DNA from: Alphaproteobacteria bacterium
GTDB taxonomy: Bacteria; Pseudomonadota; Alphaproteobacteria; MPNO01; UBA830
Length of the DNA: 64,000 nt
Assembly (NCBI GenBank): GCA_965243135.1
Contig: OZ251539.1
Coordinates: 3,008,001 to 3,072,000 of the forward strand
Direction: 5' to 3'
Translations under genes and position numbers: made by a program
Shown here: piece by piece, positions 55,814-64,000 of the stretch
How positions within the stretch are numbered: the first letter of the stretch is position 1
How the letters are laid out: each line of letters starts with the position of its first letter
The notes under the pieces: generated by a model
Databases searched by the model: none
Told to the model about the DNA's origin: nothing
The model's input: only the letters and a program-made list of their open reading frames with translations

Positions 55814-56644
55814 TCAGCATGCTTTTTCCGGATGTCCTCCTCGTTCGTTCACGTCGAAGAACAGGACGCGAAGCCGGCGAGCGGCTTCCTCGAAGGTCTC
55901 CCTGTCCTGCACCGCCGGGACGATCTCCACCCCCATGTCCTCGTCCATGGATTTCAGGAGCCGGTTCGGGTCGAGTCCCTCTTTCTCGCAACATCCCTCA
56001 AGCTCGTCCTTCGTCACGTCCGTTCCGGGGATAGCCGTACCCTCCGTACTCTTGGCACCGAGCCGGCCGTTATCCAGCAACTCCTTCAGCCCCTTGATGG
56101 CCATGAGGCGGTGTTGACCGTCGAACGCGAAGTAGCTCGTACGGGTCACTTCCAGGTCGACGACGAACGACCTGGTATCGAGACGTTCGACATGCAGGGA
56201 GCCCGTCAGGGCCCGCCCGTCCGGACCCCAGTTGTCGTGTCCCGGTTCGCAAACCCAATCCTGGAAAGCGACCACCAACAGAGGAGGAAACTTGCGATGC
56301 TCTCGAGTCGCAAGGTACCTCGTCATCGGCAACTGCCGACTGAAATCAGGGAACCCCTTCCAGAGACGATTCGCGGTCGCGACGTCGACCGCGGCGGCGT
56401 TGTCCCCGATTCGCTTCCTGAACATCGGGAGATCGCGAGCGAGGTAGACGTTCGCAGCAATCCAGCCGAGCGACGCCGAGGCCAAGTAAGACTTGCTGCT
56501 GCCCATCCTGGTCGGGAGCGTCACCTTGTGATTTTTCCTGCCTCCCTGCCAGTCAAGCGCGAGTCGCAGCGCTTCCTTGTAGTTCCGCTCGCGCTCCAGA
56601 ATGTCTTCGGTATCCTTTCGGAGCTTTTCCGCATCGGAGGTCAT
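55814..56644 (-). CDS. DGQHR-domain (DndB-like) protein, probably C-terminally truncated
   Basis: KFPPLLVV, FAFDGQHRLMAI, RRLRVLFFDVN. Confidence 0.82.
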   Translation of the reverse strand: MTSDAEKLRKDTEDILERERNYKEALRLALDWQGGRKNHKVTLPTRMGSSKSYLASASLGWIAANVYLARDLPMFRKRIGDNAAAVDVATANRLWKGFPDFSRQLPMTRYLATREHRKFPPLLVVAFQDWVCEPGHDNWGPDGRALTGSLHVERLDTRSFVVDLEVTRTSYFAFDGQHRLMAIKGLKELLDNGRLGAKSTEGTAIPGTDVTKDELEGCCEKEGLDPNRLLKSMDEDMGVEIVPAVQDRETFEEAARRLRVLFFDVNERGGHPEKAC

Positions 56645-57483
56645 GGAGCGAATTTCCAGTGTTGCGAGGCAACTAGGCGCAGGGAAACGGGAAGTTCCGC
56701 AAACGATATTTCCTGTCGAGGGTCGGCGAGATAGGAGGGACGCGAGAAAGTCTACCAGACCCGCGTCGGCAATTCTCCCTGAATTCGGCTGCGAGCGTCG
56801 AAGACGAAACGTATAGTTGACCGACCGCGGAGGCAGGTCGCGAAGGGCCAGCGCTCCATCGTTCGCGATCAACAGCCCGTACCACTCGTATAGCTTCGAT
56901 AGCCTGCCTGCCGACTTCAAGTTCCTGATCGAAGTCGGCGTCGCGCGGCTCTCACGAGCGGTCGAGGAATTTCGATGCGGGCGGCGGGCGATTTTCGAGA
57001 TCGCGTTGCCGGGTCGAACCGAGCCGCGCCTTCGGAACTAGCGACAGGAACCGCTGCATGGAAATGCGATGCAGGGTCGTCGAAGCGCCATCTTGGGCAT
57101 AGAGGTCTTCCGGGTCGATACGAAGAATTCCCGCGTCTTCCCACGACGCTCCAGAAGTCTCTTGTGCGACGGCGCCGAGGCTGTCGAGCGGAAGCCGCCG
57201 ACGACCCGGCGCTCGCTCACGGGCAACGGGCGGAACCGGTGTCAGGCCTTGCGAGCGTGCGCTTCAGCGCTCCCGGATCGTCCGGTTGGTCCGGTCCAGG
57301 AGTCTGAGCCTCATGCGCAGTACGCACGGTTTCGTCGATTTTGCCGAACCGCGCCTCCGTCGCCGGAAACCGGGTTTGCCCATATTCGGCCTATGATGCG
57401 GTATTTTGGCGCCCCAAGAGTCCTGCTTCATGAGCATTGGGCTGTCCTACGCAGAGCTCCGCCCACGGCAATGGCGTAGCAGC

Positions 57484-57655
57484 TTGACAGGCGTGTCAGA
57501 TGTTACTATCTGTGTATCGTCTCATCTGCCATGTGCAGGAAGCGCACTCGATATTTGTCCGGTTTCTAGCAACGGAGAGTCGTTGCGCAAGACTGCCGCG
57601 TAGAAAGAGCATTCGAAGCCGTCCCAAAATCGATGGGGCGGCTTCAGTCTTTTCT
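57484..57655 (+). ncRNA. Candidate small RNA (promoter, two imperfect repeats, terminator) convergent on the DUF3800 operon
   Basis: TTGACA at 57484; repeats at 57526-57551 and 57593-57616; 11-bp stem 57615-57645 followed by a T-rich tail. Confidence 0.5.
57615..57655 (+). terminator. Intrinsic terminator-like hairpin
   Basis: gaagccgtccc-aaaatcgat-ggggcggcttc then agtcttttct. Confidence 0.65.
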
Positions 57656-59713
57656 GGCGGCCATAAGGTATGCATCGCGCTCGCGTCGCAGGTCGCAGGT
57701 CGGCAATCCGGCCCCGTTTCTCTGTACAATGGACGGTTTTAAGCAACCAGTAGTTCCGGCGTTGCGCGATCACCACCAGATACTCCTCTCGATACTAAAG
57801 GAGCGCGTTTATCTTGCCGCGTCGCTCGTTCCGCTATTCGTCGATTCCGGGATGAGATCCTGCGTTCTCGATCACCCAGCGGACCCAGCGGACCCATCGG
57901 ATCCTCTCGCATCGGCGCAAATCCGGCGTTCTATCCTCCTCCGCGCGACCTTCCTGCCAGAAATTCCCGCTAAGGTGGCCGCCCTTTGCGAAAGGCGCGT
58001 CGAGATAGCGTCGTTACCGAGGGACCAGCCGCCGCGACGCACCTTCCCCGCTTCGGCTTGGCGCCGACTTAGCCTTGACCATCCTGTTTCCCCTGAAAAA
58101 CTTGCTTTGGCACATTCGGTCACGGTGCCAGGTCAGGAGGTGTCGTAGGGAATTCCCGCTGCTTTCCGGTATCCAAACGCGATCGTAGAGCGTTTCCCAG
58201 TCCTTCAGGAAGTACTCGAGAAACAATCCCCGCACCTTTTCCCAGAAGTAAATGGACCGCTTGGCCTTCGTTTGCGCCTGTCAGTTTGCAACATCGCTGT
58301 TGAATCTGGCAGGAACGCCAGCATCAACGCGAAGACAGTTGACAGATTGTTGTTACCGTGACCGAAGTTGTGATCAGTAGCCTTGGTTCTTCAGGGTGTT
58401 GAAAGTTTCGTTCCTTCCAGCGCGCTCGACCGGTGCGCATCAACTCCGTTCCCTTCGTCAATTGGCAGATCCGTGACCCAGGAGAAACGTTGTTTCTTGC
58501 CGTTTGGAAGCTTCTCCCAGTGAAAGTTCACTTTGAGGTCGAAGTGCGTATCGTTCAGAGGCACTCCGTACCGGAATTCGTGCCGTATGTTGTCCTCGTC
58601 CGTGAACTCCCGGCGCTCCACGGACGGCGCGTTGTTGACCCACAGGAACTTGTGGTCGCCGGGCTTCGCCCCCAGTATGAAACGCATGTCTAACTCCTTG
58701 AGAAGATTGACATGTGGTCCATCCAGCCCATCCTCCAACACGACCAGCTTCAGGCGCGGATGTTCGCGACGTACATCTTCCAGAAGCCGTTTCGCTGCGT
58801 TCGCAATCGTTCTTTTTTGCACCGTCCCCCTTCAGGATCGGGCGCAAACGGAAAAACTTCCTTTCGGCGCACCAGTACGGCCCCCAACATCTGGTGGTAG
58901 TAGGTAATCGTACCGTGGTGTTTCTCGCAGCAGTTTTTACAGTGCACCTTGTCCGACGAGAAGTATCCCGTTCCGTCAATCGAAAGAGCATAATAGCCGT
59001 TCAGACAAGTGTATTCTTCCAACCCCTTCCCTCGTTGCAAAACCTGGAACAGCTTCGTGAAACAACGCCGCAATTGTCGCGGACAGACTGCGTCAAGACG
59101 TTCTCGCCTGTCCGACGGTACGCGTTTGATGCCGTACAGGGTTGCAAGGTTGTGCCGAACCGCTTCGTCGGCATGCGCGGCTTCGTCGAACTGCAGAAGC
59201 GATGCATACTTCATACCGAACACCGCTAAACCCGACATCAGGCAGTCCGTCTGGTTCAGCCCCCGGCTTGCAATCTTCGATACGGTCGAAACAAGCTCGC
59301 ACTTCCTTCAACAATCCCGGAGCGCTGAGCGTCTTGCGCATGCTTGGCATTCTGGCCATTTTGGTACAATCCCGCCTCGCCTTCGGACCACTTTCCAGAG
59401 AAAAATGCTCCGCTTGAAGGCAAATAGCCCCGAATCACCTCGAAAAGTCCACGAAAAATTTTTTTCAGACTCCACATTTTGCAAGGGTTTCGAGCCTTAG
59501 CGGGAATTGCTGCCTTCCTGCACAAGATGCCAGAAGGCGAACCACCGCCGGACGGTTTCCGGCATGCAGCGACAACTGACGGGCTGGCCGCGAAATCGCA
59601 GCCCACCATGGGCTATCTCCTCCCGAAAGATGCGATAGAGTTCGGCTTCATAGGCGTTCCAATCTCCGCCGAACGCTTCGAATTTTACGAGTTCCGGTGG
59701 GGCAATCCGCCAT
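57644..59713 (-). pseudogene. DUF3800-linked small protein (phage P1-related, possibly BECR-fold RNase), split by ISNCY copy C
   Basis: PELVKFEAFGGDWNAYEAELYRIF...AFWHLVQEG | RAEEDRTPDLRRCERIRW...EEYLVVIAQRRNYWLLKT rejoins in frame across the IS; two in-frame stops. Confidence 0.75.
57958..59512 (-). mobile_element. ISNCY-type IS, diverged and eroded copy C (1555 bp)
   Basis: Same IRs; 9-bp duplication CCTTCCTGC (57949-57957 and 59513-59521); transposase broken by many small deletions. Confidence 0.9.
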
Positions 59714-59716
59714 CCC

Positions 59717-60400
59717 CTAAGATCTTTGAATAGCAACGTTGAACCCGAATTCCGGAGAAGCAAAACAAGAGGTCAACGTCTGAGTTCCTAGCCGCAACCG
59801 CAGGCGCTCAAGAATCGCCTCTTTGCCGGCCCCTCCCGAAAGTCCTCTATTCGCATAGGTCAGCGCACCCGCGAAGAGGTCGGCAACCTGCAGAATTTCG
59901 CTTTCGCGCGACCGGACTTGTTGAATACGTTCGACGCAATACCTATCCGTAGCACCAGCCATGTCGTGCAACCGGCGCATCATCCGATTGCCCCGCGTAT
60001 CCATTACGTTCAGATAAATGCGATAGCTCAGCGGCGAGCGGAGGACAGTATCAAATAACCGGCCATACAGTTCACCATGGAACAAATCTCGCGAGCGATC
60101 AATTGGACTATCTTCTACTTCGATTATGCCATGAAAATCCAGTCCATCATCGTCAAGAACCAGGTCGACAAGGGCCAAATAGAAATCGATCTTCGCTGGA
60201 GATACCTTGGTCCACTTTATCTCGAAGTCGGTTTTGAGGCGATGTTTTTCCTTGAGTGCGCGTACCATTTTCGAAATATTTTCTACTTGTATAGTTTGAC
60301 AAATCAGTACTCCCAGACACATCGCGAATACGCTGCCTCGCGTCAAGTGAAAGCTTTCGTTGCAATATGCGTTAAATTTGGGCTGCATCATCAGCTCCAT
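59717..60400 (-). CDS. DUF3800 domain protein
   Basis: YCNES (usually YxDES), EIKWTKVS, and ILQVADLFAGA. Confidence 0.82.
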   Translation of the reverse strand: MELMMQPKFNAYCNESFHLTRGSVFAMCLGVLICQTIQVENISKMVRALKEKHRLKTDFEIKWTKVSPAKIDFYLALVDLVLDDDGLDFHGIIEVEDSPIDRSRDLFHGELYGRLFDTVLRSPLSYRIYLNVMDTRGNRMMRRLHDMAGATDRYCVERIQQVRSRESEILQVADLFAGALTYANRGLSGGAGKEAILERLRLRLGTQTLTSCFASPEFGFNVAIQRS

Positions 60401-60416
60401 TTTTTACCCAATGTTC

Positions 60417-60810
60417 AATGATCGTAGCCTGCTGCGCTCGAATTGTCCCACTCTCTGAAAACAATCCTTTGCGTTCGATATTCGCCGAATTTGTCATTTT
60501 CCTTTTTTCTAAAGTATTCGAAATGTTTCCGTCGGATAGTCGAAACCGTGGATATCGGATAGGTCGCGAATGAAGTGCAAATCATCGCGAGTCACCTCGT
60601 AGAGTCTAGCGCAGAACGGGTCTAGTTCATGGCTCGTCGTTCGGGTTCAAAAGCGAAAGGCGGTTCATTGTAGCCGACCTCATGAGCAAGGGGCCTCATC
60701 GTCTCACTTGTATAAACTAGTTCAAGCGCTCGTGGAACAATGAAATTCAAATCTGGTTTTTCGTACGTAGTCGGGGGGAGGCATGGGGTAGATTGAGACG
60801 AAATAGGCTG
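60417..60810 (-). pseudogene. C-terminal remnant of a large Eco57I/type IIG-like methyltransferase
   Basis: FIVPRALELVYT...PPFAFEPERRA, ARLYEVTRDDL, TETF, KFGEYRTQRIV fragments. Confidence 0.7.
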
Positions 60811-60894
60811 TGCAGGCACCCCTTCCGGGCGCTTTTTTTGACGCCGTTGCAAGCTTTCGGGGCGGCCGTGCACGGCTCGAAAACGGGCGAATGC

Positions 60895-61983
60895 TTATGG
60901 GGCAATCGACGACAACAACTCCCGCCAAGCCTCGCGATGCTGGTATACGCCGCGCCTGTCGAGCTCTTCTCCGACTTCTCGCAGAAAACGAGGCCTCAGA
61001 TCGTCGCTCAGAAGAGCGAAGGTCGAACGAACGAAATTCTTCAATTCCACGAGATGAATGGCGAGACCGGTGTTCCATGCCTCTTCGATTTTAGCCTCGA
61101 CAGCCTCGCTGTCGGACTGGACGATCCCCGGCACGGCGAACAACAGGCGGGTTAGCCTTTCCTCCCCTTCCATCGCCTTGCTGATCGACGAACGCAAGTG
61201 AGCTATCGTCAGGTTCTCTCCCTTCACTTCCACAGCAAGCGCGATCCGGCCGTCTCGTTCCCGGCAGATAACGTCCCCGGGCACCCCGGCTGCTCTGTCG
61301 GCCTCATTCAGTCCTTGGGCATGCACTTCGGAGAACAACGAAAAGGCGTCTCCAAGGATGCGCATGACCGCTGCCGTAACCGCTAGAGGACGCAGACCGC
61401 CGCTCGGTTCCCGCAGGAACTCGTCAAGAATGGCGATAGTGCTGTCAAGGCTGATTCGGTTTGGCACCGGATAGACGAACTCCTGTCGGGAAAGTCTCCG
61501 GGCGACGCTGCGCAGGCATCTGCGAAAGATGTCCTCCAACTCGGCCGGAGAACAATTGTCCAAAACGCTGAACCAGTCCGCCAGTTGCTCCCATGCTTCG
61601 CGATATCTGAGGGCGTTCAGACCGACGTCGAGGCGAGGACGGCGGGCAGGATTGTTCACGTAAGGATCGGGACTGGTTCCGAGCACGTTATGGTTGAGAA
61701 ACACCCAAGGAACGATGACGTTCGAACAGAAGGACCTTGCATCCCATGCGCCTTGTTCGCCATCGGCAGCCTGCAGACAAAGAAGACTTCGGTCATGATC
61801 GGCGACCTTGCCCAACAGCTGGGTCACGACGACGTAGCGCAACGTTACCTGATCGGAATCCACGAAGCGGTCGATATCGGGGTCAGCTTCTGGCACCTGC
61901 GCGGCGGCGGTTTCCGGTGTCGCTTCCTCAACCACTTCCCTCCAGGTCAAGTCGAGGTACCTCTGGACCTCGTCAACGTCCAT
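60895..61983 (-). CDS. SacI-family-like restriction endonuclease
   Basis: GAWDARSFC...VIVPW...DPYVNNP; catalytic GDV...AVEVK; overlaps the MTase stop. Confidence 0.8.
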   Translation of the reverse strand: MDVDEVQRYLDLTWREVVEEATPETAAAQVPEADPDIDRFVDSDQVTLRYVVVTQLLGKVADHDRSLLCLQAADGEQGAWDARSFCSNVIVPWVFLNHNVLGTSPDPYVNNPARRPRLDVGLNALRYREAWEQLADWFSVLDNCSPAELEDIFRRCLRSVARRLSRQEFVYPVPNRISLDSTIAILDEFLREPSGGLRPLAVTAAVMRILGDAFSLFSEVHAQGLNEADRAAGVPGDVICRERDGRIALAVEVKGENLTIAHLRSSISKAMEGEERLTRLLFAVPGIVQSDSEAVEAKIEEAWNTGLAIHLVELKNFVRSTFALLSDDLRPRFLREVGEELDRRGVYQHREAWRELLSSIAP

Positions 61984-62869
61984 GCGGGTCGTTTCCCTCT
62001 TCAAAATTCAGCCAGAGCGACTCCCGGCGTGGTTTGCGGACGGAATGGCAAAGGCGCTCGTCGGCGTCTTCCCGCCGCCAGCCTCGATACAGTTCGTCGT
62101 AAAGAGCCGTCCTGTATCCGGACAGGATCACGCGGCCGCGAACCGTCCAGAGAGTCTCGGCCAACATTCGATGCTCTTCCTCCGTCATTTCGTGTCCGTA
62201 TGCCGAGGCGTCGCCGCGGGATGAATGAACGTAGGGCGGATCCAGATAAAATACCGTGCCCGCGGTATCGTAACGCCGGATCACCTCAATCGCCGGCGCA
62301 TTCTCGATCTGCACCCGCAAAAGCCTTTGAGCGATCTCCGACAGTCCGTCCACGGAGCCCAGCCACCGGGAAACTGCGCCAGCCATGCCCGCCCGCGACG
62401 TCAGGACGCAGTGGGCCCAGCGTCCCTCGCTGCTCGTTTGCGCCAATCCGGTGCGGGTTTGACGTGCGCGAACGTAGAACCGCCGCGCCCGTTCGAGGTC
62501 CGAAAGGTTCTTCGCAGGCTGGCAAGCGAGAACCAGTTCCTCGCGCGAAAACGGGGTGAGACCGATCGCCTTGATGAGCTCGGGTCCCTGCGCGCGGAGC
62601 GTACGGAAGAAAGTGACCAGTTCGGAGTCGATGTCGTTGTAGGTCTCGACCGGAAACGGCGGAAGATTCAGCAGGACCGCCGCCGAACCGCCGTAAACGT
62701 CGCAGAAATGGGTCGCATCAACAGGGATGCGAGGCAGGATGAAATCGAGATGACTGAACTTGCCGCCGTACCATCCAAAAGCGATGAGGCGCCGCGAACG
62801 TTCCTGCCGGTCGTGCGTCATGACGCGCCGACCGGTACCCGTCGAGTTGACCGAAGCGACCTTATGCAT
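61973..62869 (-). CDS. DNA adenine methyltransferase (Dam/D12 class)
   Basis: FGWYGGK, DVYGGS, YNDID, FYLDPPY, ILSGY, ESLWLNF. Confidence 0.92.
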   Translation of the reverse strand: MHKVASVNSTGTGRRVMTHDRQERSRRLIAFGWYGGKFSHLDFILPRIPVDATHFCDVYGGSAAVLLNLPPFPVETYNDIDSELVTFFRTLRAQGPELIKAIGLTPFSREELVLACQPAKNLSDLERARRFYVRARQTRTGLAQTSSEGRWAHCVLTSRAGMAGAVSRWLGSVDGLSEIAQRLLRVQIENAPAIEVIRRYDTAGTVFYLDPPYVHSSRGDASAYGHEMTEEEHRMLAETLWTVRGRVILSGYRTALYDELYRGWRREDADERLCHSVRKPRRESLWLNFEEGNDPHGR

Positions 62870-63573
62870 CCTTACGCGCTCCTTACCTGCCTGCGAGGCT
62901 GATTTCCTCAAGTTCGTGCATCACTTGCCGATTCATGGCAAGCGCCGTTCCACGCTTCGCCGCCGGAAAAGCGAAGGTCGGGCGACGCCTCGCCTTTGAA
63001 AACGTGGCCGACATGCTGCGAGTGCGGCTTTTCCAAGCGAGTGACGATCTCGTCGGCAACGTTGCCGAGAACCCGCCAAGGCTCGGCTATCGTGGGGTTT
63101 TGCAGTTCAATCATGGCGTTCCGCAAGCTTCGTGATGCTCCTTATGCAAAGACATACAACGAACATAATTTGCAGATTTAACCACGGCAAGGCTTCACGG
63201 CATTTTTTTTGCGACGAAACGGCGTTTTCAGGCGCAGCCGAAAATCCCCTTATCAGCCCGGCAACTTTCGCCACGCTGGTCCGCGATGACGCAGTTCCGC
63301 CCGGCAACCGCTTCGCCGTTTTCCGTCGAGGCTGGAAACGCCCGGTCGACCATCTCCAAGCATGCCGCTGCGGTCGACTTCGCAACCCCTCGACGAAAAC
63401 GACTCGTCAGGTGCGCGCGAAGGCGCAGCGCTCCGCCTCGACGGAGCCGTTGCGCCTCGAGAGCGGATTGCCGGAGGCTGCCGGCAAAACGCCGACGACG
63501 GGGGAAACGCTTCCGCGAAAACCCGCGCTCCGCCGCCCGAGCGCCGGTTCGCAAGTCCTCCCTGGCGGCGCGG

Positions 63574-64000
63574 TCAGGGACGAATTTCGATCACGGTCCC
63601 GTTGTCCACAATTCGCCATATCTCGTCCATCTCGCGATCCGTGACCGCGATGCAGCCTTGCGTCCAGTCGAGACGGGGATGGTCGAGTTGCCGGGCGGAC
63701 CATTCCTCGGGGAGGCCATGGATCATGATCTCGTTGCCGGGGTCGACCCCCAGACGGGCCGCTCGCGCGCGATCCTGCGCATTGGGGTAGGAAATGTGCA
63801 ACGCGCGGTGGAATTTCGACCGATCCCGGTCAATCCGGTAATCGATCCTGTAGATCCCCTCCGGGGTCTTCGAATCGCCTTCCTGCGTCTTGGGACCCAA
63901 CGGGTAGCGGCCGAGCGCGACTCTATACGTCTTGAGAACGCGGCCGCCGCGCAGCAATTCGAGCCGCCGCTCGTTCTTGACGACCAGAATGCGATCCGCC
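63574..64000 (-). CDS. L,D-transpeptidase family protein (5' end outside window)
   Basis: EGDSKTPEG, LHISYPN, IMIHG...WTQGCIAV; the frame stays open to the window end. Confidence 0.9.
   Translation of the reverse strand, partial: ADRILVVKNERRLELLRGGRVLKTYRVALGRYPLGPKTQEGDSKTPEGIYRIDYRIDRDRSKFHRALHISYPNAQDRARAARLGVDPGNEIMIHGLPEEWSARQLDHPRLDWTQGCIAVTDREMDEIWRIVDNGTVIEIRP

Overview
GC-rich bacterial chromosome segment. The core gene order (rodA-mrdA-mreDCB-leuA; ilvC-ilvH-ilvB-miaA-degP-hflC-hflK, divergent mrp) suggests an alphaproteobacterium (inference). Two intact core blocks (about 24.1-31.9 kb and 38.6-48.5 kb) alternate with accessory DNA. (i) 1-24.1 kb is a mobile-element graveyard ending at tRNA-Lys(CTT): IS1202-like ends, an ISNCY-type IS, a tandem tyrosine-recombinase pair, a DDE/ExeA/AAA_25 transposon, IS1634 and DUF4338 relics. 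(ii) 32-38.4 kb holds tandem AAA-ATPase/PD-(D/E)XK genes, a 70-bp repeat and a Fic pseudogene. (iii) 48.7-63.3 kb is a defence-like island: HNH nuclease, nested IS4/ISNCY, HTH-nucleotidyltransferase pair, DGQHR protein, DUF3800 plus partner, SacI-like REase with an adenine MTase. Best leads: a convergent small RNA with two repeats and a terminator at the end of the DUF3800-partner operon (type III TA-like); a five-copy, mosaic, apparently leaderless AAA-nuclease family with a portable promoter module; and a twin-integrase element followed by a conserved stem-loop that precedes AT-rich cargo. Protein family names come from motif recognition by eye, not from database searches.
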